DNA of 64,000 bases from Octopus sinensis (taxonomy: Eukaryota). Location: contig NW_021833055.1 of NCBI RefSeq assembly GCF_006345805.1, positions 21,771 through 85,770 of the forward strand, in the 5' to 3' direction. The position numbers and the translations under genes are program-made. This document shows, in pieces, positions 14,377 to 27,610 of this stretch (within the stretch, counting starts at the first letter, position 1; each line of letters starts with the position of its first letter). The notes under the pieces are model-generated. The model did no database searches. It worked only from the letters and a program-made list of their open reading frames with translations, and was not told the origin of the DNA.

Positions 14377-16306
14377 ATATATTAATAACAGAGAGGACTC
14401 TAAAAATGGCTAACATTACCGAACGAACGAATTTACACAATAAATATCTTTGTATCTAAGGCTTGAAATATTTACCCCAAGCGAGAATGAATTTTTATTT
14501 ACTTATTTATTATTTATTTTGTAATTGGATTTTGCTTGCAATTATTTCTCTAATTTAGTTTCATGCACACATATATCGTAAAAAAATGTATCGGCTTGCG
14601 CCTTTGCCTCATTTGCTCAACGTTTTAGCTATCCGTTTTCTTACCGTATTTCTTGGGAGAATTTCATTGAATCTCAGCGAATAAATTATTCCATTGCCTA
14701 CAAATAATTAAATAACGTATGATGAAGAATCGAAAGAAATTAGTGGTTCTGCGTATCGGCAGTTTACTTCAGAGGATCTAGAAGAGAAACGTAAAGTGGA
14801 GTAGTTTTCACGGTGACGAGTGAAAACTTAATTGTTTCGGAGGTTTATAATTTGAACAGACGTTAATATGTTTGCTACATAAACGGAAATAATATAAACT
14901 TGTAGTTAAAAAAAAATGTGAGATGTTTCAATCACCAAAGTAGAGAAATTGTTATAAGTTACTATTATCCCACTTATAATAGGGAAACCACAACATACTT
15001 GAATCTTTATCTTCTGCTCTGTCATTCAAATCCAATAACCACGTTCATAGAATCCACTCTAATCGGTTTCTTGAGATATACATTCTCATTGATGAAACGC
15101 GTAAGCGGTCTAAACTTTACAGGCTGTACTTATATAGTAAGATGATAGAGATGACAACAATATCTTCCTCAAATCAAGTGTTACTCAACATTAAAGAGAA
15201 ATATACAGGGACATAAGATAATACTCTCTTCACTATCTATACAATGGCGATAATCGCACGGCTGGAGCGTCTCTTGTCATCGATTTACTAATGCAGAGCT
15301 AACATCAGTTGTAAATAACAAAGAATAGCTGAGAAGGAGAAAGTTTACTAAATTAAACAAACTTTCATCAAAAACACACTCGGGCTGCTCAAAAGTGACT
15401 GAATAGGTCAGCGGTGTATTTGGCCAAATATTATGTCTGAATATAAAATGAGTTGGTGTGGACAAATTTGGGCTAGGATTTCTTCGTTTGTCCCAATCTC
15501 TTACTAATCGTTATAGGTACCTACGTATCAGCAAACAAAATAATAATACTTGACCCATTCTCAAACTGAAAGATGGAAGATCCAACACAGAGATATCGGC
15601 AGCAGTCATCTCTCGGTTTTATCTGGTACTCTTTATTATTCTGCATTTACTGGACCAGAGTGCATGTTGTGGGTTTCTAAAACTTCTCAAGTACCCCTAG
15701 TCTAGGACCTGACACTCAGCCTTATTATCGTGATTACCCTAATCACTTGACCACAATGCAAAAATATATATTAAATTCCTTATGCCAGATACCTCCTAAA
15801 ATATTCTCTTTCGCCTATACATAACCGTTGGAGGAGTGAGATGTGACGTGTAGTGTTACAATGTTTTATAATACGTTGGTCTCTTACGTTCCACTCCAAG
15901 TATTGCAAAACTATTTGGTTATGGTATTTACTGCAAATGTTTTATTGATATAGATTATATTTTTGCTATATATATGAGAGCTTAGAATTTTTATTATTAA
16001 AGTCAAAATATTAATTTATTAGTTTCATTCGAACAGTTTTGACGCCCAGAGTTTTAATTTCCTCTATGCTGAAATACTTATTCAACGCTGAATTGTCAAA
16101 TCCATCAATTATCTCACCTCACTTGAGTTTCAAATTAAGTGTCCATCTCGTCCGACTCACCCGTCTGTTTCGGTTTATTGTCATCGTTTTGCATTTTACT
16201 ACTCTGTTCCTGGTTTTAATTTTCGTTAATAGAATGCTTTGACATTATAAGTTTTATGTAATTCAAATGTAAAAGACGATGAACTTCTAGTATTCTCCTT
16301 CATCTA

Positions 16307-16371
<65 letters not shown>

Positions 16372-16444
16372 ATATCTATCTATCTATCTATCTGTTTGTA
16401 CACCACCTACCTTCGTCTTTTGCTTATGTTCGTAAACTTTCCCT

Positions 16445-16506
<62 letters not shown>

Positions 16507-16629
16507 ATCTATCTATCTACCAATCTATCCATCTATCTCTCTATCAACCCATTTGTCCGTCTGTGTCTCTAAGTGTTTATATATCTGTCTTTCAGTGTTT
16601 TTTCTTAATTTTTCAAGCAAACATGCTAT

Positions 16630-16810
16630 ACTCTCAGAAAAAAAAGACCATATTTTCTGCTCTTCTGAAATACACCAATACACTATCTTATGGAGCTGAA
16701 AATGGCAACGCCTTACTCTCCGGGACTACGAGAACCATCGACTGTCTTAAAAGTAATCTTGAACTATATCAAGTTTTCGTAAATCTTGTATATTCCATTA
16801 AGTTTTAAAA
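16630..16810 (+). pseudogene. Possible RTE-clade LINE fragment (post-RT LLYGxETW region)
   Basis: KKTIFSALLKYTNTLSYGAENG..TRTID resembles KxRLFRAxVESILLYGAETW..xLD; highly decayed. Confidence 0.4.
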
Positions 16811-19363
16811 ACACAAGAAATGGTACCAAGATTTCTAGTAAACGTCACTCTTCCCGTGTTAACGAACACTACCATGTTCCAATGGCAGCCGGTCCCATAT
16901 TTTATAAACTTCGCAACGAATACTTTCTTCTTTCTATGATTTCAACTGTCACTCTCTAAAAGTTTTATCTTTGAAGATTTTTGGCAATGTATTTGTACGA
17001 GTAATTAAATAAATTTTCACGTTAAGAATATATTGATTTAACTATCTGTCTGCAAAGCAACGTCGTTTAAATCGTAATCATCTATTGTTTGAGGCCCGAG
17101 ATTTCAATGAATATAAATTTGGTATTTGTGTAGGAAGCTATATTTGATTAGTTTCTAAGGAAATCCTAAAATAGCATCGATAGCAGTTGAAAAAGTCACC
17201 CTTTTCTGTTCATGAGGAAGTTGCATAAAATTTCGGTCGTTTCTTTTGGCTGATTTACAGTGGTAAACTTACTGTGATTAATGACAAAGAGATAAATGTC
17301 TCATCTATTTTTAAAGATGCTATCCTTGAACACGCTTCCCAAGCGATCAGCTAATAGCGAATGTGGCAGTAACACAAGAAAGCGATACATGTGATGCTAC
17401 ATTCTGTTATAAACTGTGTAAATACTGTAATACATAAATAAATAACGCGGTATATGGGTGAGATCCTCGTAAGCAGAATACAGTGTAGGCCTATTGATAC
17501 CGAATGGTGTTAATAATCAACGGGAGAAAATACTGGAATATTTGTTTTCTCTCAGTGAAAATGGCTGTTCTCAAGAAGAGGAAAGCAGAAACAGAAAAAA
17601 AAGATTAAGCAAACGAGATGCTAGTATGGAGAAGCTCGCATACAATAATGGTAATAGTTTCCAGATAATTTCGGTGTTTGTATGTGTGTTGAAAATATAT
17701 GTTCAGATGAAGCTGCTGATGATATTTAAGCGGATGTGTTCTGAAATTTATCAACAGAAAATGTCTTGCAACGTCTGGGCGACCGGTCAACAAAGTCGTC
17801 GTTACCAAATACAATACTCCTAAATTTATGATGGTATCAGAAACGTATTATATTGCACTTGTAACATATTAAAGTGTATGTATTTTTTCAAGTGCCACTT
17901 TGGCCTCAACTTCAAGATGTTTGAAACAACCGTAACTCCGGTATATATTTGACCCTAGAATTCACTAATTAGCGAGATTTCACTTACACTGAGAGCAACA
18001 ACGCCAGTTGTATGTATTATTGCACGCATCCAGTGCATACCTCGTCAATATTTCTTAAATAAAGAGAACAATTAGGGACCATAGTTGGCATCTTGTAAGC
18101 CTTGTGCACCTCGATTGCTTTCCATTATTTTACTACAATTTATTTCGTACTCTCCAAGTACACGAATAAACTGACCAAGAGAAGTATTTTACCGCAAGGA
18201 AACATTTTCCGCCAATTATCCCTATTACTTACAGAGAATGAATATAGCAACACTGCCGATAGCTGAGACTTAAGGTGAATGACTTCAGCCTTCCCCCTCG
18301 TCGGTTGTATCGAGAGTAAGGAATCAATATCCACAACACTGCATTCTTAATTGGGCATAAAATGAAAAAATTAATGCAACGACGTATATCAAATATTGAG
18401 AACAGTTCATGTATATTTTCAAAGTGCATCAAAGTAAGCGTATCACATAGTATAAAACGTTTTTAAAGTTGCACCAAAAGTAAGCGTAGTAGGCAGTACA
18501 AATCACGACCAAAAATTTTATTTTAGTATACCAGAAAAAGAACGGGAGATAAATCGCATTCTATAATATATTGGAAAACCGCGCCCGACAAGCGTGATAG
18601 ACCATTCGATATTTAGTGACTCTTTAAGCTCGTTCTTACCGCACTTAAAATACATAAATATATACCTGTCAAGTAATGCTGACTGGAAAAAAAATCGATT
18701 GTGCTTTTCGCCGACTCTTGTGGCCTTGTGCTAATGTTTGAAATCAATAAAAATATATGACGAGAGAAATGAAAAATGAAAAATTGCGAACAAGAATATA
18801 TCATGCTTGACTATGCGTGTTTTCTCTAAATAGAAAATTGGCTTGTGTATTTTTAAACTTTCGTAATTTATATTAGGTTAAAGATTATGAAAACAAGTTA
18901 TATATTTTTATAACATATTGACTGTATAGGCGGTATGTGCCTGAGAAAGGGGAAAAATTTAATTAGAAGATTTGGTATGAAAAATGTTATTAGAAATATA
19001 TTGTGATTTAAAACATGACTAAAGAACCTTTATAATTGTAATCTATTATATATTAATATCTGACAAAGGAAAATATAATAATTTGAGGAAAGAGAAAGAC
19101 GAATTGTAATTTAAACGTACCAGTTCAGACAGAATAATTCCGTAACACCAACAAATATACGGAGAAACGTGTGCAGCTGTAGTATAGTATACTAGGCATG
19201 ATATATAATGTTATGTACGTTTGGCTACCTATACACCTATATCTATGTATATGTGGTTATTTCTCCCTGTGTCTTTCTCTCTCACTTTCTCTAATATACT
19301 CATGCATTCGCACACACATACACACACATGCACGCACGCAGGCACAAACACAAAAACATACAG

Positions 19364-19417
<54 letters not shown>

Positions 19418-20243
19418 TATAGGGACTAGAATATTGAGGGACAACAAGACACTACAATATCACTTTTAATACGTGTATGTGTAGGAATGTATATGTACGT
19501 TGATACACAACCATACGTACAAGCGGCTGTCCTAAAACAGGGCGCATGTGCATATGTGTAAAAGGGAGAAGTAAATACCTACATACATTTATGTCTATTA
19601 TATACACAGATACATTCAAGCACATAAACACATACACATACACACACGAACACACACACACACATAAATACATTTATCTGTGTATGTATGTTTGTATTTA
19701 TATATTTATATATGTTTTACTTTATTACAGCGTACGTAAGAAGCCTTATTTAGCAGTAAATTGTTATTTCTTCGTGAACATCACTCGTGTAACAAGGGTC
19801 AGATTTGTGTCATGTTGCAGCCAGATTTATTGGAAATTCAGCCACCATTTTGTAATGGGGCGGCCATATTTTGGTTTCGATGAAAAGAAAATAGAGAAAT
19901 GTTTTATTTCTTGGAAAATAGATATTCTTAGACAGAATTGGCCAGGATCTTTTCCGTTTTCATTCTTTTGTTTTTGTAATAATTTTTCTTTTTTTTTGTT
20001 TTTGGTAATTTTTGTTATTGTTGATTACATTTTCTTGTTATGATTTACTTCTGTTTCCTGTCTGCAGAATAATAGAGAAATATATAGAATGTAATGGGAA
20101 GAATATATGATTACATATGTGTAGCTAATGGTTTCGTGAACATTCGGGTATATGTGTAGGGGTTTAGGATATGTGAGGTAATTGTTTCTTGTCTCTGGTG
20201 CATGTAAATACCTATCTCTACAATATATTTATATGTATATATA

Positions 20244-20291
<48 letters not shown>

Positions 20292-21899
20292 TATATAGAC
20301 AGATAGATGGCAGAGAGGGAGATCGGGAAAGGGAGAGAGCATGTGCGATAGAAATACGAAAGACAAACAAACGAAATGCATGGAGAAAGAAATGTTTGTA
20401 ATAATGAAAAGACTTTAAAAAACGAAAAAAAAACCAACAATTGTTCTTTACTTGGAATTTCTTGCTGTTTTGATACATCAAACAAGCTGGCTATTCAACA
20501 AAAGCACTTTCAGATTCACTGCTAGTTCTGGATGGGACTGGAGTGGCTTATAAATGCAAACATCAATTGGTTGCCGCTCTCACGACGACTACCGACACTT
20601 TTGCAGCTTCATTGTCTGTTATTAAGATCTAATCATCCCACAGCTTTACGGAATCCTTGGCACCATGAATCAGCCAATTTATGCTAAAAAAATCAAACGG
20701 CCTCAGAAGCAATAGTGACATGTGTTTAAAACAGTTGACTAGGGGGTTTGAAGGATGTTGGGAAACACATGATTTTACAGTCCTTCAGCAAACTGCATGA
20801 TACGAATCATTTTCTCCAAGTAACATATTATTTGCTTCTCATTTCGTTCAAGCCAAAGCATGTGATATTTGACATTGACCTCTGATGCAATGGCTCCCAT
20901 CAATCCAGTAGTGTTATCTGCTTGATGCCATACGTTTAGGGAATGATAGCAATGTGGGAACAATATATTACCATTAAGAATATGCTCCTCTTTTAGGCGT
21001 GAATTATATTTTCTGAAGTTAAAATCTGCTGGTTTCTGAAATGCTTTGGTTAGCGGCTACATCCACAATTACCATGTTTCCAGTGTTACACTGCAATCTG
21101 TCACGTCCTTGCAATTAATATTATCTGAAAGAGACGTGGGAATGGTGGAGATATACCTTGGGTTACGGGCAAACATATTTAGCGAAATCATTTCCGACAA
21201 TTTATGCTTTAAATTCCAGCGATGAAAGGGAAACTTTCTAAATTGATGCGATAAATTACAGCACAACTAGTGGCCCAATATCATCGTCTTGCCCCCTCCA
21301 CTGAGAATTACTTACTTTAGTTCAAAATTAAAATTATATAAATGGAAGAGATTTTAAATGTTTTCCACATACGTTGTAAAATTACTTTAGGTTGTTCTTT
21401 ACAGCTGTGAATGTTCATATAGATATATACTGAAGCTTTTATACACTGAGCGTTTAGAGGGATATATACTTATATGGTAATCCCTTCTAAGCCCTGCTAC
21501 TGGAATAGAAAATTCATCACTGAGGGGTACTGCATAGCTCGAAACATGTTCGTTACTTCTATAAATTGCACAAAATCAACATATTTACAAATCATTTAGA
21601 TTTTCTGAAGGATTAATTCCATTCCCTTCTTTGTAAGATTTCAATCTGAATAATTACTGCAGGGGATCATTAACAAATAATTACTCGGATAATCTCAATT
21701 AAAATAATATCTTCCTTTCATTATATCACATACGAGAAATTTTTCCGTAATCATATTCGTATATACGTATGTACATATGCATACACACACAAATATACAT
21801 ACGCACACGCGCACACCCAGATACACAAACACTCACAACACATATACATACAGGACGGGATTGGTAAGCAGTGATATATGTGTGGAAGATACTGGAATT

Positions 21900-22265
21900 T
21901 GCTGTCAAGAAATTTGGAGTTGAGAATTATACCAGACCTCAAACTGGACGTTATTGCACTGTTCCAAAAGACACAGGCATCCCATCTTTTTTGAGGATCA
22001 TGTACTGCCATAGTTTGGTAATCAAGGGTCCAGTTATTTAACGCCTTGTCAAAACATGTAGTGGTGGGTAGGTGTTTTCAAGAAGCAATTTACACACTTG
22101 CTGTCCAAGATCCCAGAAGAACCAATATCAAGGAAGGACACTCAAAAGAGAGCAGCATGGAGCCAATAACACAGAATTGTCCAATAAACTAGTAATTATA
22201 ATGGCGATGCCCCAGGATGTCCACGGCATTAGGGCTGAAACACATAACAGAATAACAAAATATAA
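21900..22265 (+). pseudogene. 3' end of a CR1-group LINE, decayed
   Basis: With frameshifts: YCHSLVIKGP / LFNALSKH / VFKKQFTHLLSKIPEEP..KRAA. This is a typical invertebrate CR1-group C-terminus (SF.VRGPxLFNxLP..FKxxLDxxLxxIPDEP..RAAxSN), followed by a 3' tail ending in an A-rich repeat. Confidence 0.7.
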
Positions 22266-22542
22266 TTATACATACATACACACACACACACATATGTATA
22301 TATATATACATACATAGATATATACATACATAGATATAAAAGGGGTGACCTGTAAGTGGACATCCAATTATGCAACCAGATGTCCACCTAGAGGCCATCC
22401 ATTTTATATGTGTGTAATAAAACTTTTTATAAAATAACTTTTTAAATATGCTATTTTTAAATATGCTAGATCATTGGTTTTAAATTGATATTATTCAAAT
22501 TAATATTCTACTTTTCACCCTTATTATTTTAAACTGATATAA

Positions 22543-22608
<66 letters not shown>

Positions 22609-22613
<5 letters not shown>

Positions 22614-23021
22614 GGGAATAAATCCAAACTTACAAGGAAAAATCAGATTTAGGATTGAATCCAATTTTATAGTAAAATATTATATTATATTAAATTAGAG
22701 ACAAAACCACTATTAGGCAAATCAAACAATGAAAAACTTAAAGCCAATACATAAGATTATTTAATTTATATTATTTAAATATATAACAAAATTATTAATC
22801 CTCGCCAAGATAAATATTTAAACCACCTGATGAATGACTGTGACTTGAAAATTTGAAGAAGTTAGCAGCCATGAAACGATCGTAGTGTGATATTAATTAT
22901 ATTTTTTTAATAATTTTGTTATATATTTAAATAATATAAATTAAATAATCTTATGTATTGGCTTAAGTTTTTCATTGTCTGATTTGCCTAATAGTGGTTT
23001 TGTCTCTAATTTGATATAATA
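22609..23021. mobile_element. Penelope-like pseudo-LTR repeat in inverted arrangement: reverse partial copy 22609-22797 plus forward HHR-bearing copy 22798-23021, flanked by (TA)n
   Basis: Arms 22683-22797 and 22908-23021 are near-perfect reverse complements. 22609-22700 is the reverse complement of ~62075-62175. Both loci start with CTCGCCAAGA just upstream of the HHR. Confidence 0.7.
22821..22890 (+). ncRNA. Minimal type I hammerhead ribozyme motif, homologous to the 61.9-kb copy
   Basis: CAC-CTGATGA(22827-22833)-ATGACTG..CAGCCAT (6/7 pairs, extended by TGACTT/AAGTTA)-GAAA(22873-22876)-CGATC-GTA(22882-22884)-GTG. Stem I is reduced to 3 perfect bp. Confidence 0.8.
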
Positions 23022-23034
23022 TATATATATATAG

Positions 23035-23067
<33 letters not shown>

Positions 23068-23090
23068 ATAATATATATTTACAGACACGT

Positions 23091-23177
<87 letters not shown>

Positions 23178-23194
23178 ATATATATATATATATA

Positions 23195-23234
<40 letters not shown>

Positions 23235-23649
23235 GTGTGTGTCCATATATAGGACATACATACATAGGAACAAATGAGGCACTTAGTCTCAAGCTTAGGA
23301 ACTGACCTGATCGGAATGCTTGGGAGATATTGCGATGCGCCATCTGTCGCATAAACCATATGTTGCGCGTCAGAAAGTCAGTTCCTTCTGCTGGTTGTTG
23401 GGAACTCTGTAATAGATGTTTCGTCTGCAATTGGTTGCTAAACCGTAACGAACCCTCATCAAAGATCGGTTTTGGGAATTACGTTTCCGAAGTCAAGTAT
23501 TCCGAAACTTCCAAGACACACGTAACCTAATCTTGTGAACGTGTCAATAGATAAATACTCTAGTTATTATATGCATTCAAGAAACATTGTGTTTGCTTTT
23601 TAAATGTTTACATGTATAACATTGCATAAAAACATTTATATAAGTACAA

Positions 23650-23713
<64 letters not shown>

Positions 23714-23741
23714 TATATATATTATATATATATATATATAA

Positions 23742-23779
<38 letters not shown>

Positions 23780-23792
23780 TATATTATATATA

Positions 23793-23998
23793 AAGTTAAT
23801 CCAAACAAGAAAACACCAAAAAACACAACGCGAGGACGTGGAACAAATATAGTATTATTGGACGCTCAGGAAAGAAGGGAAGAAGGAGATTTTAACGTTT
23901 CGAACGGAGCTCTTCGTCGGAAACATAGGAGAAGGAAAGATCCAGAGAAAGGAAGGCAGAGGGAAAAACTCGCCAACGGTACACACGAGGTCACACAT
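23793..23998 (-). mobile_element. Second copy of the (TA)n-tailed repeat with HHR-like motif
   Basis: Reverse complement reads CCTATGTTTCCGACGAAGAGCTCCGTTCGAAACGTTAAAATC...GAGCGTCCAATAATACTAT...CACGTCCTCGCGTTG, matching 44383-44490. It sits between (TA)n blocks. Confidence 0.55.
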
Positions 23999-24799
23999 AT
24001 ATATATATATATATACATATATATATGGACGTTTGTATGAGTGTGCGAGAGAATTCAGTGGAGAGATGCAGTAGGGAGAGACGACGTAAGTAGAGATTGG
24101 TCTGGCCACATTTATATTATATCTATCTCGCTGTGAAGTCACCAATGTGCGCGCGCGTCTGTCTGTGTGCGTGTGCGTATTTAAAGCGAGAGGAATAGAG
24201 GGCGTTAGAATTGTCGTTGAAGTATATGGGATGATAGAATCTCACATTTGAAATGTCCAAATAGTCTAATGTGGGAAATATTGATCAGCTTTCATAAAGT
24301 TAGAATATAGAAGCTGCCAAATCAATATATTGTACATTTGGATATCCAGATTCTCTGAACGTGAGTTAGACATATCCAATATAAAATTTTGAAAGTTAAA
24401 TTTTTTTTTTCCTCAACCAAACTATTATCGGTGATTTTTTCGATGCTGTTTTACCTTTGCTTTCAGCTGAAGTGTCGACTCCTTCTACCTTTTTAATTTG
24501 TTATATTTTGTTTGTTTTTTCTTCTCTTTTTTTTCTGAAAAAAACTGTTTTGCGTCTGGTAAAATATTTGTGAAATCGGAATATAAGAGTCACGATAGCA
24601 GGATGTATTTATAATCCCGTTCTCTGATCACAGTGTCTCTTCTTACCTATATCTCTGTCTCACTCCTTCACTCTCTTTCCCTCCTCTCCTTTCTCATTCT
24701 GACGCTTTCTATCAGGGGGTTTAGAATGCCGTGACAGGGAGACCCAGTGTTTAATCGGGAAGCTCTAAATATCATCCAAAAAGTTAGAGCATGTAGCTA

Positions 24800-24834
24800 G
24801 ATAGACAGACAGACAGATAAATAGATGGATGGAT

Positions 24835-24909
<75 letters not shown>

Positions 24910-24960
24910 TAGATAGATAAATAGAAGACAGATAGATAAGTAGATAGATAGATAGATAGT

Positions 24961-25040
<80 letters not shown>

Positions 25041-25056
25041 CAGACAGATAGATAAG

Positions 25057-25126
<70 letters not shown>

Positions 25127-25310
25127 TACAGATATATATATATAGAGAGAAAGAGAGATAGGGAGATAGATGGGTGGATGCATGGAGGGAGGGAGGGATT
25201 GATAGATAAATCGGTAGATAGATAGACAGATACTTATCTACATACATAATATACATTGATTGATGACAAGAAGTATATAGGAATGGATAGATAGATAGAT
25301 AGATAGATAT

Positions 25311-25367
<57 letters not shown>

Positions 25368-25594
25368 CAGATAGACAGACAGACAGATAGATAGATAGCT
25401 AAATATTTACCATTAAACAGCAGATGAAACGGTGCATCGTACAAGAAATTACAGGGTAAATGTTTTTTAAATTTTCTCCTGTTTACGGAATTAATCTTTA
25501 TTTGCGGTTGAAGCTTTGGCTGTTATTTCTAGTGGGTGAATGGCCTATCATGGCCGTTCCTTGATTGTTGATATATATATATATATATATATAT

Positions 25595-25677
<83 letters not shown>

Positions 25678-25680
25678 TGT
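24800..25680. repeat. Compound (GATA)n/(TA)n/(GA)n microsatellite block
   Basis: Direct reading; source of the SIYL-repeat ORFs. Similar (TATC)n runs at 16.3-16.5, 36.06 and 61.75 kb. Confidence 0.95.
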
Positions 25681-25856
25681 TTCTTTATTCGCCACACAGG
25701 GCTGCACACAGACGGGACAAATTACAAGGTAGAGCTTTTCTTTTTTGGGGATAAACATGGGGTTTTGGTTTTCGATCAAAAGGGATCGTAAAAGGAAAGA
25801 AAGAGGAAAGCAAAAAAAGGGGGATGGTAAAAATAAAAGCAAAAGGAAAAAAAATC
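25679..25856 (-). mobile_element. 5'-truncated 3' end of a non-LTR element inserted in (GATA)n
   Basis: Minus strand ends ..GCTCTACCTTGTAATTTGTCCCGTCTGTGTGCAGCCCTGTGTGGCGAATAAAGAAAC, with (GATA)n on both sides. Confidence 0.55.
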
Positions 25857-26283
25857 GATAGATAGATAGATAGATAGACAGACAGGCAAATAGATGATGA
25901 GGTGTACGTATGTAAGTATGCAAGAATAAATAAATTGATTGATAGATACATTGATTAATTGATTGATTGATTGATTGATTGATTTGATGTACGCAATGGA
26001 AGATAAAATTCTGGAAGTACGCAGTAATCATATGCCTATACAAAAGGTCTTTGATGCTAGATCTAAACTAGGAGTTCTGATTAAGGATTAGTGAAAGTTT
26101 TAGCAGTAAGTGTGTTTGTAACGCAATTCTATTCGTCTCTTTCTCTTCTCTCATCCTCTTGTTATCTATCTCTCTTTCTCTCTCATCCTCCTTATCTCTA
26201 TCCAAGCACATTATACGCACATACATATTTGCATATATATATATATATATATACACACACATCTATATATATATATATATACA

Positions 26284-26321
<38 letters not shown>

Positions 26322-26347
26322 CACACACATCTATATATATATATACA

Positions 26348-26387
<40 letters not shown>

Positions 26388-26447
26388 TATATATATTATA
26401 TATATACATCTACATATATATATATAATATATAATATATATATCACA

Positions 26448-26535
<88 letters not shown>

Positions 26536-27610
26536 TGTGCGTACATACTGTCGTGTTGAAAAGAAAATTAACATTGTCAGATATGGTCAGTGACTTCATA
26601 TTGATTGTTGAGAGCTGAAATGACCTGACTTTGTAGTTTGAAGATATTGACCAGTGATAAAGACTTTTTGCAGATTTTTTTTTTTTTTCATGCCATGGAA
26701 ATATAGATAAGGAAGAACGGAAAATCAGACAGTCTTACAAGACAGAATTTCGTAATAGAAATAGAAGTTATAAAAACGATTTTATTTTCTTTGCGTTAAT
26801 ATCTCTTCTAAAGTCGATTGCTACACAAAAGAACTACATCGACGAACAACAATATCTAATGTGATCGCTAAAATGAATCTGGTTTGGAAACACTCGGATA
26901 TATATTCGGAAATGAAGGAAAGATTCATAAAGCATTTGGTTTTCCATTCCTCCTCTTCTTTTTTTCCCTTCTATATTTTTTTTCTTTTCCGGTTATGAAA
27001 TATACGGCAGAAACGGGAACAAATAAATATAAATGATCAGAAAAATATCGAAAATTCTGAAATGTGAGGTGGAAATCAAGTGCTTTGAGATTCCTATGCA
27101 ATGAAATGCACAAATCGATCAATTCCTTTATAACAAGTGAAGAAAATTGATCATAATTTAATGGCTTTGCTCTTAGGCGGCAGCTACTATCGGTATATTT
27201 TCTAGAATATATATATTTTATAGAATGTATAAGTGCCTATGATAGTCGTGAGGAGAATCATATTTTGGGAATTGCGATGAAAACAAGGAATGTCTATACC
27301 AAGAGACGGTTTAAAAATTTTAAATGCCGAACACCTGGGAGGAAAGAAAGAGTTTCGAGGCAACGAAGATCGACGCTTATCTCAATGATATCCTAATGAG
27401 GATTAAATGCACTTCAAATAGTGTATATCTGGACAGGCAGAGGCTTTGCTACTTTGTAAGTAGTATGACACTCCCAAACATTTGATGTTGAGTTCAGTCT
27501 CAGTTCGAGCCGCCTTGAACAAGTGTCTTCTACTTTAGCCCGCGAACAACCAAAGCCTGATGACTGGGTTTGGTAGACGGAAACTGAAAGAATTCCGTCG
27601 TATATATATC

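Noticed and set aside
15066-15110. GAAACGCGTA (typical PLE-HHR 3' half) with upstream TTGAGA
   Set aside because: No intact CUGANGA and no convincing stem I.
15195-15420. Tc1/mariner-like 5' end (TATACAGGG..RFTNAEL)
   Set aside because: Only a short N-terminal resemblance followed by stops; no matching second TIR was found.
17494-17823. 109-aa ORF, possibly a LINE endonuclease remnant
   Set aside because: Diagnostic APE motifs are not recoverable by eye; the similar hint at 27.24-27.40 kb is equally weak.
20520-21270. Complex non-repetitive sequence, possibly a decayed transposase on the minus strand
   Set aside because: I could not match any catalytic motif with confidence; needs TBLASTX against Repbase/Dfam.
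21515-21555. HHR-like CTGAGGG..GCTC-GAAACATGTT with a palindromic stem III
   Set aside because: A9 is mutated, and stems I and II mostly do not pair; at best an old relic.
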